Positions 14,218-26,400 of a DNA stretch of 64,000 nt are shown in pieces. Origin of the DNA: Lama guanicoe (Eukaryota); contig MU054220.1 in assembly GCA_013239625.1 (NCBI GenBank), positions 806,848 to 870,847 on the forward strand, given 5' to 3'. A program made the translations under genes and the position numbers. Position 1 is the stretch's first letter, and the number at the start of each line of letters is the position of its first letter. The notes below the pieces were generated by a model. That model was not told where the DNA came from and did no database searches. It was given only the letters and a program-made list of their open reading frames with translations.

Positions 14218-14728
14218 TGTGACCCAGTCCAAACTCATTCTGCTTGCCACATGACAGGCCAGTAGATTGGGAGGCCTGGTGTTGGTGCCAGGATAACAAC
14301 TCTTTTCGGAAATCCAGCAGGCTGAAAAGATGAAGGACTAAAGTCTTAGAGAATCATCTTACCAGTCACAATTCAGGCTCCTTTTATACTAAGCAGTGGA
14401 TAAAGGGGAGAGGGTGTGGCTGAATGTTACAGACTTCCTGGTGTTGAAATAGTTTGTTCTTGAAGCTGTCCAGGTAGGTCAGTTATGATGTCTCTGTAGA
14501 CCTCCAACAAGACAAATGTTATTCTCTGTTCTGCAACTGTTTGTCTATATGTGAATGGAAAAGTGTTATATGCTTAAAGGTCAGAGTCTTGAGAATAGAC
14601 TACCTTGTATATTTCAAGCTATAGTCAACATTCATCTCTAAAACATGCAGAACCAGCATGACTAGGCACAGGACACAGAGCACAGGTTTAAAGCTAGCAT
14701 AGAGTCGGATTGGTTCTTCCCTATTATA
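14218..14728. mobile_element. ERV1-type solo LTR, same family as 4068-4567
   Basis: Starts TGTGACC and ends ...gttcttccctattata. Similar to the 4068-4567 element. Confidence 0.65.
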
Positions 14729-14978
14729 GAAAAACTCTTATTATTCTGCCTCCATTATTTAGTCTGGAGGGATTCATGAGGGGCTAAGTCTTAAGAGCAA
14801 TGGGTGTGTTTCACCAGTAAATGACACTGTATGAAAAACCTCATATTCTGATATTTATCCCTACTACAGAGAAAGTTCTTATATTATCTCAAAGTCTTCA
14901 CAAATACAATTCACCAAATACTACCAAGCATTTGAGTTTATCAGGTCTTATATAATGCATTCCTCCACTTTCGGATGC

Positions 14979-15338
14979 TGCTATAGACTGAGGATTTGTG
15001 TCCCTCTTCAAAATCATAAATTAAATCCTTTATAATGTAGTGGTATTTGGAGGAGGGCCCTTTGAGAGATGATTAGATCATGGAGCTGGGGTCCTCATGA
15101 ATGGGATTAATGCCTTTATAAAGAGACCCCAAGAGCTCACATGACCCTTCTGCCATGTAATGACTCAGCAAATAAATGGCTGCCTATGAACTAGGGAGGG
15201 GACCTTCCAGTTATGGAATCTGCCGGCACCTTAATCTTCGACTTCTGTGCCTACAAACCTGTGAAAAATAAATGTTTATTGCTTAAGATGCCCCCAGTGT
15301 ATGATATTCTGTATTAGCAGCTCAAATGGACCAAGACA
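14979..15338 (+). mobile_element. MaLR LTR (MLT1-type)
   Basis: TGctatagactga...gtggtatttggagg...atgaatgggatta...ctgccatgt...aataaatgttt...aagaCA, about 360 bp. Confidence 0.8.
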
Positions 15339-16369
15339 GAAATTTAGTTAATTTTCAAATTTGTGTAGTCATTTCAAGTGATGAGATAAAAGTCTTTGTT
15401 AATTTTCTCTGTTCATTGGTCTAAATCTCCCAGAAGTCAAGGAAAGTTACTTACCTTTGTGTTCTCTGTTTCTTGCACAATATATGGGACATGGAATTTA
15501 CACTATACTTTGTCCGTAACTTCAATTCTTGACCTATTGGAGTGTGATTTTTTTCTGATAAACTTTGATGAAATCTTTCTATGTTAAATTGTAAATATAT
15601 GTATATGTGTGTATATATAAATATGTTTATATATGTATATGTATGCTACAAATATTCACTCTTCCTTGAAATTTCCTATGAATATTTTTATGTTATAACT
15701 ATGAGTGTTAACATATACATATGTTATTTAATATTCTTTTACTTTTGATTTTTTCTATCACTTGGAATATCCATATACTTCCAAATGTTTTATTAATTTT
15801 AATCTTTTTTTAAATGTCAACTTTTCAAATTTTTTTTTACCCACCTGAAATGTATTTTTGTTTATGATGGGGAAACATCTAAGCCCAAACAGGGAAAATA
15901 ATCTGCCAACATAATTATTGATTTTGGTAATAATTTGAAAATTTTCTATTTAGTACATCAGATTTTACTCCATCAAGAAGATTCAAATTTGGGGCACTTT
16001 CTCCTTTTTCTCCTCTTTTTTCCCCTCCTCATCTAAACTTCAGGGTAATATTGCAATGTTTGAAATCTTCTCATAAAAATATATTTAGAATGTCAGGACT
16101 CTATATATTAATTTTGGGGAAAATGACATGTTGTAATATTTTATTTTCCCATTCCAAATAAGATGTATATTGCTAAAGATTTATTGATGTCTCAATAAAA
16201 ATTTGTAATCTTCACTGTAGAGTGTAAATAAATCTTACCTTATGATTCTTTATATAAAAAGAGAAGTCTCTTATTTATATTTGATTCACATTGTCAATGA
16301 GCTGATCAGAAGGGGCTTAATGTTTTTTTCCTGCCCTGAACTACAGGACAATTCTCAAAGCCAAGGACA

Positions 16370-16925
16370 TTATTCTTAGTGGATAGAAAGGCCCTCAAGT
16401 TGGAAAGCCCACCAGATGTGTGGGTCATTGCCCACAGGTTAAGAAAGAATTCTCAGCAGAGGCAGAGGGACATAGTGAAAAGCTGCTTCATTGCTCAGAG
16501 AGAAAAGGGAGGGGAAAAAAAAGCAACAATCAAGTCTGAAGCAGTCATCCAGGTAGACTGTTGAGACAACTTCAGCCCCTAAAAGGGTCACAGGGCCTTT
16601 TTTTCAAAGGCTTTGCCATATTATCTTCATTTTGGTGGTGCCAATCCACTTCTATTATAGACTCTTTCCTCCCATGGAGCTCAGCCCTGAAGCAGAAACT
16701 TCAGCGGAAAAAGAGAACAAAGAAAGAGACACTGGGGTGTGTCCTTGGGATTGACGCTGCCATTGTGGAACATAAATGTCTTCTTGTATGGCTGTGTCCT
16801 TGAGACCAAGGAGTCAGCTGTGGGATAAGAGAAAAAGTCCTGTTTTTCAACAGGCATTTTCTTCCCCTTGTTGATGATCAGCTAGTGTCAGTAAGCCTGT
16901 ATGATTACCTCTCTCAAAATGTCTG
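16370..16925. mobile_element. Degenerate ERV LTR-like element
   Basis: LTR-like text (aagaaagaattctcagcagaggcag...). Paralogous copies lie at about 39990-40520 and, truncated, at about 32060-32310. Confidence 0.4.
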
Positions 16926-17619
16926 TATTCAAACATTAATAGGCCTGTATCCAAAAATACACAAATATGTATCCCACCACACACTCAGATCTGACCCAAC
17001 ATCATGTGAATCTCTATGACCATGTGTATATGTACATTCAATGAAATGTAGGTCTACATCCAACTGCACGTATGTGCCTCTATGTGAACACACTAAGTCG
17101 GCATATGATGGCACATGGATGATCAATATTTGATTAGCAACACGAATGCATTTGTATATGTACATGCCTATGCATTTGATGTGATCACACACAGGACTGT
17201 ATCTGTCTACACACAGGGCTATATCTTGCCATATACAGGTGTGTGTTTGATCACACACAAGCCTATATCTGTCCACACGCAGGGCTACCTTGCCATTTGC
17301 TGGTCTGTATCTGACTGCAGATGAATTTGGTTAGGATTTGGCTGAACAATTCTTTTGCTCCTTGTGACATGCACTTAGGTCGCACTCTGGTATTCATCTT
17401 CTGCCTGACACTTAAGGAGGGTCCAAGATTATTTCAATTGTATGAATGGTGCCTTGGCAGGGATGACTACAAGACTAGACTGTTTTGAGTCTCTTTCTTA
17501 GACATGTAGATGTAGGGTAATGTAGACAATGTCTGTCCAGTGAGGTAGTCATACTTGTAAAATGGCAGCTTAGGGCTCCCAAAGAGAGGAGGTAAAATCA
17601 ATCAGACCAGTTAAGTCCA

Positions 17620-18200
17620 GGATATCAAGTTTTAAATTCAGATTAATCTTCATATTCAAGGAAATAATGAAGGAATGAAAAGGTAACTTACAGAAGGAGA
17701 GAAAAATCATGTCTCACAATGAGTTAATGTCTAAAATATGTAAGGAACTTCTACAACAAAATTGCAACAACAACAACAAAATGATTTAAAATTGGGTAAA
17801 GCACCTGAATAGATATTTTTCCAAACAAGACATACAAATGGCCAATAAGAATATGAGAAAGTACTCAACATCACTAATCAACAGGGAAATGTAATTCAGT
17901 GCCTCAGTGACATGTTACCTCACACCTGTTAGGATGGCTCTATTAGATACGGAGCAGACATTTTGGTGAGGATGTACAGAGAATGGAACCCTACTGTACT
18001 TTGGAGGGAATATAAATTTGTTCAGACACCATGAAGAACATTATGGAGATTTTTCAAAATATTAACTATGAAACTAGTGTATGATTCAGCAATCCTATGT
18101 GTATGTGCATATCCTGTGTGTATTTCATATCCAGGATATGAAACCAGGGATCTGAAGAGATATCTGTATTCTCATTTTCATTGCAACATTAATTATAAAA
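17620..18200 (+). mobile_element. L1M LINE ORF2 3' fragment (paralogs at ~32370-32930 and ~41160-41720)
   Basis: gacatacaaatggccaataag...tcaacatcactaatcaacagggaaatg...cctcacacctgttaggatggct...gattcagcaatcc. Confidence 0.8.
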
Positions 18201-18744
18201 TGAAACCATGACAGAAATAAATGTATTCTACCACCTCTGAATATAATTAAAGAGTGAAATTATTTTCATCATTATCTTGTTAATCTGATTCCAGAATTGA
18301 AACAAGATACAACCACTTTGAAAAAGTACCATAAACTTTACATGATGGGAAGTGTTAATATTACAATAGGGTTCATAATTATCATTTAATGTACATCTGA
18401 AAATAATAATTAAGAATTATGATGTGCATAAAAGGTAGGTTGATAATGAAATCATATAATAAAAAACTTTAAATCAGATAGTTACCCACCTAAATGAGTA
18501 ATTTATATAATAGCAATTATTATACACATAATAACATAATATAATACAGAATACATAATATTAACATACTATTAAGCTCATTCGTCTCAAATACCTAAAT
18601 TCATAGATAGTCAATCTATTATTTTTCTCTTGTCATAATATTTTGTCTTCATGTAGATTTAAGAGGAGTTCAAAATAAAAATGAATGCTTTGATTTCCCC
18701 TCTGAAGTTCAGTTCAGTTACATGAAATAATCGGGTTGTGGGAA

Positions 18745-19017
18745 GATCTCCTAATGGTGGCGAAATACCCCTGAGGTTCAATTAGCCACAGCTAACAAAC
18801 GTCTTCAAATTGGCCTACAAACAGGAAACATGGTAGCACGTCTAAAATGAAAGAGAAAGACTTTATCCAAAAGTACTATTTATAAGTCAGCAAAGACAAT
18901 TATTGTAGCTGAGCTCGCTGGCAACTTTAATCTTACAACTTCAGTGCTTTCTTGGAGAACTAGCAGCTGCCTCGGGCCCTGGCCATGGAGCTGAGTCAGA
19001 CAAGGTCATAGGTAAGA
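18745..19017 (+). promoter_or_regulatory. Candidate promoter and non-coding first exon of OR4C-like gene 20211
   Basis: TAATGG (18752), O/E-like cccctgagg, CAATTA (18779), TATA-like tttataa (18879) and splice donor AG|GTAAGA (19012). The block is conserved at ~33440-33710, ~42215-42485 and ~50280-50545. Confidence 0.5.
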
Positions 19018-20210
19018 TTCCCCACCTCCCCCAGGAAATCATATCATCATAGACTGTCAGGGTTAAAAGGCCCTTACAAATTGCAGAGTCAGCCCTCATC
19101 CTCCCCAGTCTGAGATTCCAGTCCCTCTTCAGCAGGTAAAACATCAAGAAAGATCGACTCAACTACAACACCATCAACTTAGAAGTAAAAATATTTGGGG
19201 CCTTTTTTCTTATTGACATATATTTCAACTAGAAGAATAAGATAATTAGTTACAATCAAATGAGATCAACTATATAACTCAAATTTTCATACAAAATTTT
19301 CCCCACTTAATAATAATCAGGCTTTTGTAATGATACTGCACTGTTTTTAAAAACACTGTTAAAAACCACGCATGAATCAAAGAGATGCTCTACGTTTTAA
19401 TGATCAATTTCCCCAATGGTGAATATCCCATGTAGTTTCTAAATTTTCCACAGCTCTTAATAATTGTGTTGAATATATTTGTAAATCAAGACTTTTAGCT
19501 TTTAAAAATATATTTTTTAGAATTTAACCCTAGAATGAGTACTGTGGAGCTAATAGAAAAAGAAAAAGTAATTTTTATATCTTCATAGTTACTTCTAAAC
19601 CACTTTTTAAATATTATTTTTAAATATAATTCTTACTTTATGTACAATCTTCTCTTTTCTGGTCTGTTGGGAGTCAATCTTAGAACAGAGGAATGCAATG
19701 AAGCTGCCGCACTTTGTTTTCACATATGTGAAATTTTTCATATGAGATGATTAAAAAAATAATGCTTTTTATTCACTTATCTCTGAAAGGAAAAGACTTT
19801 TTTTGCACAATACACTGTATTATATTTATGTTTTTTAACACAGAGTAGGGCTCAGAACCATGGGACAGAGAGATGACTTAGAAGAGTCAAATGGACTTAG
19901 ATCAGAAGGAGAATTCAGATCTCACATAGGTGGTCCAGTGTTCTCTCAGTAAATTAACTTTTAAATGTTACCCTATAGATGTTGTATAGGTACTAACTGT
20001 CTGAAAAGAAGGAAATATCATGGAGGAAGTAAAGAAGAATTGAAACAAGCACTGAGGCAGGGGTGTCAAGGACACGCTCCACAGGTACAGTGACTGCTTT
20101 TTTTGTTTGTTTGTTTAGAGAAATTCAGACCATGATAGTTTCATGATTAATGGGTAACATTTCATAACTTTTGTAGGTAATTCAGGCCCCAGGAAGGTGT
20201 TACATGCTGA

Positions 20211-21134
20211 ATGGACCTCCTCAAATCTCCCAATAATGTGACTGAATTTGTTCTCTTGGGACTCACACAGAATCTACACTTGCAGAAAATACTCTTCATT
20301 GTCTTTTTGCTCATTTTCCTATTTACCATGCTGGCCAATCTGCTCATTGTCATCACCATCTCCCTCAGCCCTGCACTTTCAGCTCCCATGTACTTCTTTC
20401 TCACCTACTTGTCCTTCATAGATGCCCTCTTCAGCTCTGTCACAATTCCTAAAATGCTCATTGACCTGCTGCACCAGAAGAAAACCACATCTCCTGGCTG
20501 CATGACTCAGCTCTTTTTGGAACATTTCCTGGGAGGGTCAGAGATCATCATTCTGGTTGTTATGGCCTACGACCACTATGTGGCCATCTGCAAGCCTCTG
20601 CACTACACGACCATCATGCGACAGGGGCTCTGCCAGCTCCTGGTGGTGGTGGCCTGGCTTGGGGGGATCCTACATGCCACTGTGCAGATTGTTTTTGCAT
20701 TTGACTTGATCTTCTGTGGTCCCAATGTCATTGACCACTTCATGTGTGATATCTTCTCACTGTTGAAACTTGCCTGCAGTGACACTTACAGGCTTGGAAT
20801 GGTGGTGGCAGCTAACAGTGGGGGTATGGGTGTACTCATTTTTTCCATGCTACTCATCTCCTACATAGTCATCCTGAGCTCCCTGAAGTCCCATGGCTCT
20901 GCAGGACGGCACAAGGCCCTCTCTACCTGTGGCTCCTGCTTTACAGTAGTGGTGCTCTATTTTGTCCCTTGTATTTTCACCTACACACGTCCTGTGGCCA
21001 GTTACCCTGTGGACAAGTTTTTGGCTGTGTTCTTTGGAATTCTCACTTCCATGTTAAACCCTATCATTTACACAGTTAGAAACACAGAGGTGAAAAATGC
21101 CATGAGGAGTTTGTTGAAGAGGAGAGTAATGTAG
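20211..21134 (+). CDS. Olfactory receptor family 4, OR4C-like, open 307 aa (altered motifs, function uncertain)
   Basis: OR motifs are present, but MAYDRY is MAYDHY, STCGSH is STCGSC and PMLNP is SMLNP. There is a compensated indel pair in extracellular loop 1. Confidence 0.85.
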   Translation: MDLLKSPNNVTEFVLLGLTQNLHLQKILFIVFLLIFLFTMLANLLIVITISLSPALSAPMYFFLTYLSFIDALFSSVTIPKMLIDLLHQKKTTSPGCMTQLFLEHFLGGSEIIILVVMAYDHYVAICKPLHYTTIMRQGLCQLLVVVAWLGGILHATVQIVFAFDLIFCGPNVIDHFMCDIFSLLKLACSDTYRLGMVVAANSGGMGVLIFSMLLISYIVILSSLKSHGSAGRHKALSTCGSCFTVVVLYFVPCIFTYTRPVASYPVDKFLAVFFGILTSMLNPIIYTVRNTEVKNAMRSLLKRRVM

Positions 21135-22490
21135 GCAGCTCATGATGCCAAGTAAGTGATGATTTATATATGTATGGAGGATCATACCTGTAGTAATTTG
21201 TGCCAGAGAAATAGTTCCTCGAGAGCTGAATATTCCTTACTGTTTTCATATATAATGCATAGATATGCATAAATCACATATATAGGTAGTATATTTGAGG
21301 CATTACTATTTTGGAGGGGGTGATGATACAGGGAGCAGGATGTCTGAAAAAGCAACTTTCTCAGACAATAGGGAAGAAAAGAGTTAGGAATACTGTCCCA
21401 ATTCATGTCTAAATGACTAGATAAGAGCATGGGGTAACTTTAGAATGTTAGTAAAGAGTATCCAAGCACAGAGATTGGCCCATCACCTGTGAGAATCATA
21501 TTCAGTGAAATTGAGAGACTCTTGCTTCTCATGAGGCTTCTCAGAGTGTGTGGTCAATGATGATAGTGAACCAGTTTTAATCTGGGAAGCGTGCTGTAAA
21601 TTGATATTTTCAACTATTGAATGTGGAAAAAGAATGAAGGCTATGACCCCAAACATTTCCAAATTAAAAGCATGCCATTTGAGATGTACTAATTGTTATG
21701 CAGTGAGGAAGAATTTAGTTTTTATTTTTTCTGGCTGAGGAACATTTACAAATTCTTTTTAATGGCAACAGTCCTGCAGTTGAGTGTGATAAAATGTTAA
21801 TAATAGTGTTAAAAGATGTAGAGAACACCAGATGAGGTGATAGAAAAACTCAGTTCTGGTACTAGCTAGGTGGCCAAGAACAAGTCCTATTGACTTTCTT
21901 CATCTATATTATCAGGCAGAGAATTGTGTGGCCATTCTTCTATTGAAGAAGAGAGCTTAGTTGCTGAACATATAATTGAACTGTTATTGCTGTGGTCTGA
22001 TTTTGTGCTGGTGGAGCATCATCTTGTGTGTCTCCAGTGAAGTTCTGCTTCTGGGAAAAGTAGGTCATAGCATGAATGGATGGAGAATCACTGGTATGGT
22101 GATTAGTGTCTCAATCTGTGGGGTCACAGCCTCAAAGGGATGCAGTTGAAATGATGCAAGTCTGCACACATTGAAATTTATTGCCATTTGAATATGGCGC
22201 TGTGCCCTCTTTTAGCCCGGGTCTATTATCTAAATGAAGATATGTATTAATCATGTTTCTTCTAAGATGTAGATTGGGAACTGTTTAAAAATTAAATTCC
22301 AATAAAGCTAAATGACATGCACAGTTCCATAATTTTGTAAACACCTTATCTGGCTGCTTTTTTGGTAACTATTTATATGAAATTTGAATTTGTTTGTCAT
22401 CCACAAAGTTTCATTTCTGTATAAATCCTTGGGCATTTAAAGCATCTGTTTTAAATCTTGCTTCAAAATTGTTAGAAACTCTGATCCTCT

Positions 22491-23112
22491 TGATGCAGGA
22501 AAACAGATGTCGGGCATGAGAAAGGCTGTGTCTCAGATCTCGGTTGAGCCCCTGGGACATTCCTCGCCAAGTGTGGGTCCTTGGCTTCATGCAGGAAAGA
22601 ATTCAAGTGTGAGCCGCAGTTGAGTGAAGGTAGATTTATTCAGAGAGAGATATTGAAAGGCAAGAGAAAGGCCACGAGGTGTGGGGGTTGGGTGCTCAGG
22701 TTAAAAGTAGGTACACACTCCATAAACAGAGTGTGGGCATCTCCAAAGAGGGAGAGAGAGAGGCGGCTGTGAGGCACCATGTTGCTGGTTTTTATGGGTT
22801 TGGTGGCTTCATATGCTAGTAAGTAAAAGGACCAGTCTAAGGGCAAGGGGCTGGGATTCCCAAGAAGTTGGCCATTTCCCATCTTTGACCTTTTGTGGCT
22901 AGCCTTGGAACTGCCATGACGCCTGTGGGCATGTTATTCACCATGTTAATAAATCACAATGTACATATAATGAAGCTCAAGATCTGCTAGAAGTTAAGTC
23001 TCTTCATCCGGAGCCTCAGGGCCTGCTGGGGGTTGAATCTTTCACCATTGTGATGTTAATTGCTGTGGCATTCCTTGAATGGCTGTGCCCTGCCCCCTTC
23101 CATCTTGTCTCA
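22491..23112 (-). repeat. 3' LTR of the provirus
   Basis: Direct repeat of 29577-30219 with TG/CA ends and a minus-strand AATAAA at 22635-22640. It is preceded on the minus strand by the polypurine tract GAGGGGGAA (23113-23121). Confidence 0.93.
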
Positions 23113-23494
23113 TTCCCCCTCAGAGATTTTACTCCCATAAACTTATGGGTTTGCAGAGGGGCTAAAGTCCATCTTCTGAAACTGCTTCCAGGCTGAGTAG
23201 GGGTGTTGACCCTGCCTATCTGGGAGTTAAAAATCTCTGAATGCCTAATCTAGGAGCCCCAAGGGCAGGATAGCCTTTTGTATTTGCAACCAAGGGCTGA
23301 GGGCATGGGCTGGAATCCTCGCATAGCCATCATCTGATGTGCAGCTGCTGTAACCCACTGTTTCCGTTGACTTCGGATGAATTTTCTTAAAGATGAAGCA
23401 CCTTTGTAACAGCAGTTGGACCCATCTGTAACAACAAAAAGACTTAAAAGGCATGGTTAAATATTTGTAATCACTGCTACATGATATTATTATT

Positions 23495-26400
23495 TTTTAA
23501 ACAGGTACCTGAAGTTTGTATTGAGTTGCAAGTTTAGGTGTCTCCTGGCTCCTGTTGGGGCTTATAAATTACAGGTTTTATTCTGGACAGATGTACCCAG
23601 CTAGCAATTCCTCATAGCTTAATGGCAGTTGGGGTGCTTAGTAATACCTGATATGGTCCCTTCCATTTTGGCTGCCCCTGGTCTTCAGGGGACCCCTCCT
23701 TCCAAGTTTTTAGTAAGAAAAATCTCCTGGTTGGACAGGCACTTCAACATTTCCTCTGTGGGAAAGGGCAACACTTTGTTTCCATGTCCTTGGAGAGCCT
23801 TTTGAACTTGACTTAAGCTAACGATGTGGGAAACTAATCTATGAGTTTCCTCATCAGACAGGAAATCTGAAGTTAAAATGAGCTGTTCATACATCATTTC
23901 AAATGCGCTAAGATTTAAAATTCCCTTAGAGGCCGTCCTTATTCTTAGAAGGGCTATAGGCAGGAGGGGAATCCAGGTTTCTGACGTCTCCTGACATAGC
24001 TTAGCAAGTGTTCTCTTTAGAACACGATTTGCTTTTTCCACCTTGCCTGAGGATTGGGGCCTCCAGGAAGAGCGGCGGCGATAGTTGATACCCAGAGTGG
24101 AGGAAGCCTGTTGAGTCACCTTGGCAGTGAAGGAGGGTCCTTTCTCACTCAGTAAGCTTTTTGGTAGCCCAAATCTTGGGATTATTTCTTTGAGCAGAAA
24201 TTTTGACACTCCTATTGCTTTTTCCGTTCTGGTGGGGAAAGCTTCTACCCATCCTGTAAAGGTGCCTATGAGTCCCAGCAGGTATTTCCATCCCTCACAA
24301 GAGGGCACCTGGGTAAAGTCCATTTGCCAGTCTTCCCCTGGATAAGTTCCCCAATGTTATGTGGGCCAGAATAGGGGTGGGGGTATAGCGTGACTCTCTG
24401 GGTCATTGCAGGCACAAAGTTCACAGGCCCTAGTGACTTCCTTAAGAGTTTGGGACAGTCCCTTGCCTAGGAGCACTTGAGAAATTAGTCTGCGCATGGA
24501 GTCCCACCCTAGGTGGGTGGACTCGTGGAGATGCATAATTATTTTCCATTGTTTGTCCCCAGGAATGAAAAGCTTATTATCCTTCATCAGCCACCCTGAG
24601 AGATTCTTCTCTAGCCCCCTTTGTTTAGCCCATTCGACCTCTTCAGGTGTGTAGGACAGCGCCGTTGGGAGAGGCTGGCCCTCAGGTGGGAGAACTGCAG
24701 CTTGTGAGACCGGCTGTTCTCTGGCTGCAACTTTGGCAGCCTTGTCTACGAGGCCATTTCCCTTTAAGAGGGAAGACTCGCCCTTCTGGCGTCCCCTGCA
24801 GCGTGTGACTGCAACCTCTTTAGGAAGCGGGACTGCTTCTAGGAGTTTTAGCATTTCTGCCTGGTGTTTGATAGGCGACCCCTTGGCTGTCAGCAGTCCC
24901 CTATCTTTCCATATGGCAGCATGGGCATGTAACACGAGGAATCCATATTTAGAGTCAGTATAGATGTTGATTCTTAAACCTTTTCCTAACTGGAGTGCTC
25001 TTACTAAAGTGATTCATTCAGCCTTTTGTGCAGAAGACCGGGAGGGCAGAGCTCCAGACTCAATGACTGTCTGTAAGTTTACTACAGCAGAGCCAGCTCG
25101 CCTTGTTCCATTATGTATAAAGCTGCTGCCATCAGTAAACCGTTCTGCATCCGGATTGGACAGGGGCTCACCCCTGAGATCCGACCGGCTGGAGTAAACT
25201 TGTTCAATAGTCTCCGCACAGGAGTGAACGAGGGATTCCTGGGATGAGGGATCTGGCATTAGAGTGGCCAGATTTAAAACTCGGCAAACTGTAAGAGTTC
25301 TGTCTGGGGAATCACATAGGAGGGCTTGGTATTTAAGTAGTCACCCACCTGTCAGCCAGGGGTGTCCTTCGGTCTCTAAGACTCCTTGTACCTGGTGGGC
25401 GGTTAGAACTTCCGGTGGCTGCCCCAGGGTAAGCTTATTGGCCTCATCTACTCACACAGCAGTGGCAGCTGCTGCCCTAAGACATCCTGGCCACCCTGTC
25501 GCCACCTGATGAAGTTGTTTTGAGAAATAAGCTATTAGTCTAGGCAGGCCCCAGAGCTTCTGGGTGAGCTGGGTGAGCCCAAAGCTCTTCCTTGCCTCTC
25601 AGCTACGTAGAGCGTAAAAGGGTTTTCTGAGTTTGGGAGACCCAGTGCAGGCGCAGTTCCTAGTTTCTGTTTTAAAGGTAGAAATGCATGTTGACAATTT
25701 TTGTCCCAATTTAGGGGTCTGTGGTCACTCCCTTTTTAGGGCCTCATAAGGAGACTTTGCGATAAGCCCAAATCCAGGAATCCAGGTCCCGCCAGATCCT
25801 GCCACCCCCAGAAAGGCCCTCAGTTGCTTCTTAGTCTGGGGGGGTTGAAGGGTCCTAATAGCTTCCTCTCCGTCTTGGGCTAGAGCTCTGGTCCCAGGGC
25901 AGAGCATATATCCCAGCTACTTAACCTGCTGCATGGAAACCTGGGCCGTGTGGGGAGAGACTCGATATCCTCCTTCTCCTAGGTAGCTGAGAACCTGAGT
26001 AGTGTTTTTATCTGAGTCCCCTCTAGTGGGGCTACAAATCAGGAGATCGTCCACGTGTTGTAAGAGAGAGCTGTTGGTCAATCCTAATTCTCTCAACTCT
26101 TTTTCTGATGCACTTCCAAACAAGTGAGGGCTGTCCCTGAAGCCTTGGGGCAGCACAGCCCAGGTTAGCTGGGAAACACTATGAGTGCCTGGTTCTGTCC
26201 ACTCAAAGGCAAAGACGTATTGGGAGTCTGGATGCAGAGGAATGCAAAAGAAAGCATGCTTTAGATCTAGCACTGTGAACCAAGTTGCATTTTCTGGGAC
26301 CTGGGTCAATAAAGTATGGATTAGGGACTATTGGGTGAATTGGTACCACTGCCTCATTAACTGCCCTCAGGTCTTGAACAAACTGGTACTCTCCATTTTG

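Larger units (their letters stand above)
14755..22190 (+). repeat. Tandem segmental-duplication unit 1 (carries OR4C-like gene 20211)
   Basis: Collinear similarity to 30857-38390, 38420-45840 and 49815-54330: shared MaLR LTR, L1M piece, promoter-like block and gene where each is present. Confidence 0.85.

Noticed and set aside
16929..17324. 115-aa and 69-aa Cys/His-rich ORFs; also considered as a CRISPR-like array
   Set aside because: These are translations of a degenerate CA-rich tandem repeat. There is no constant repeat with unique spacers, and the context is mammalian
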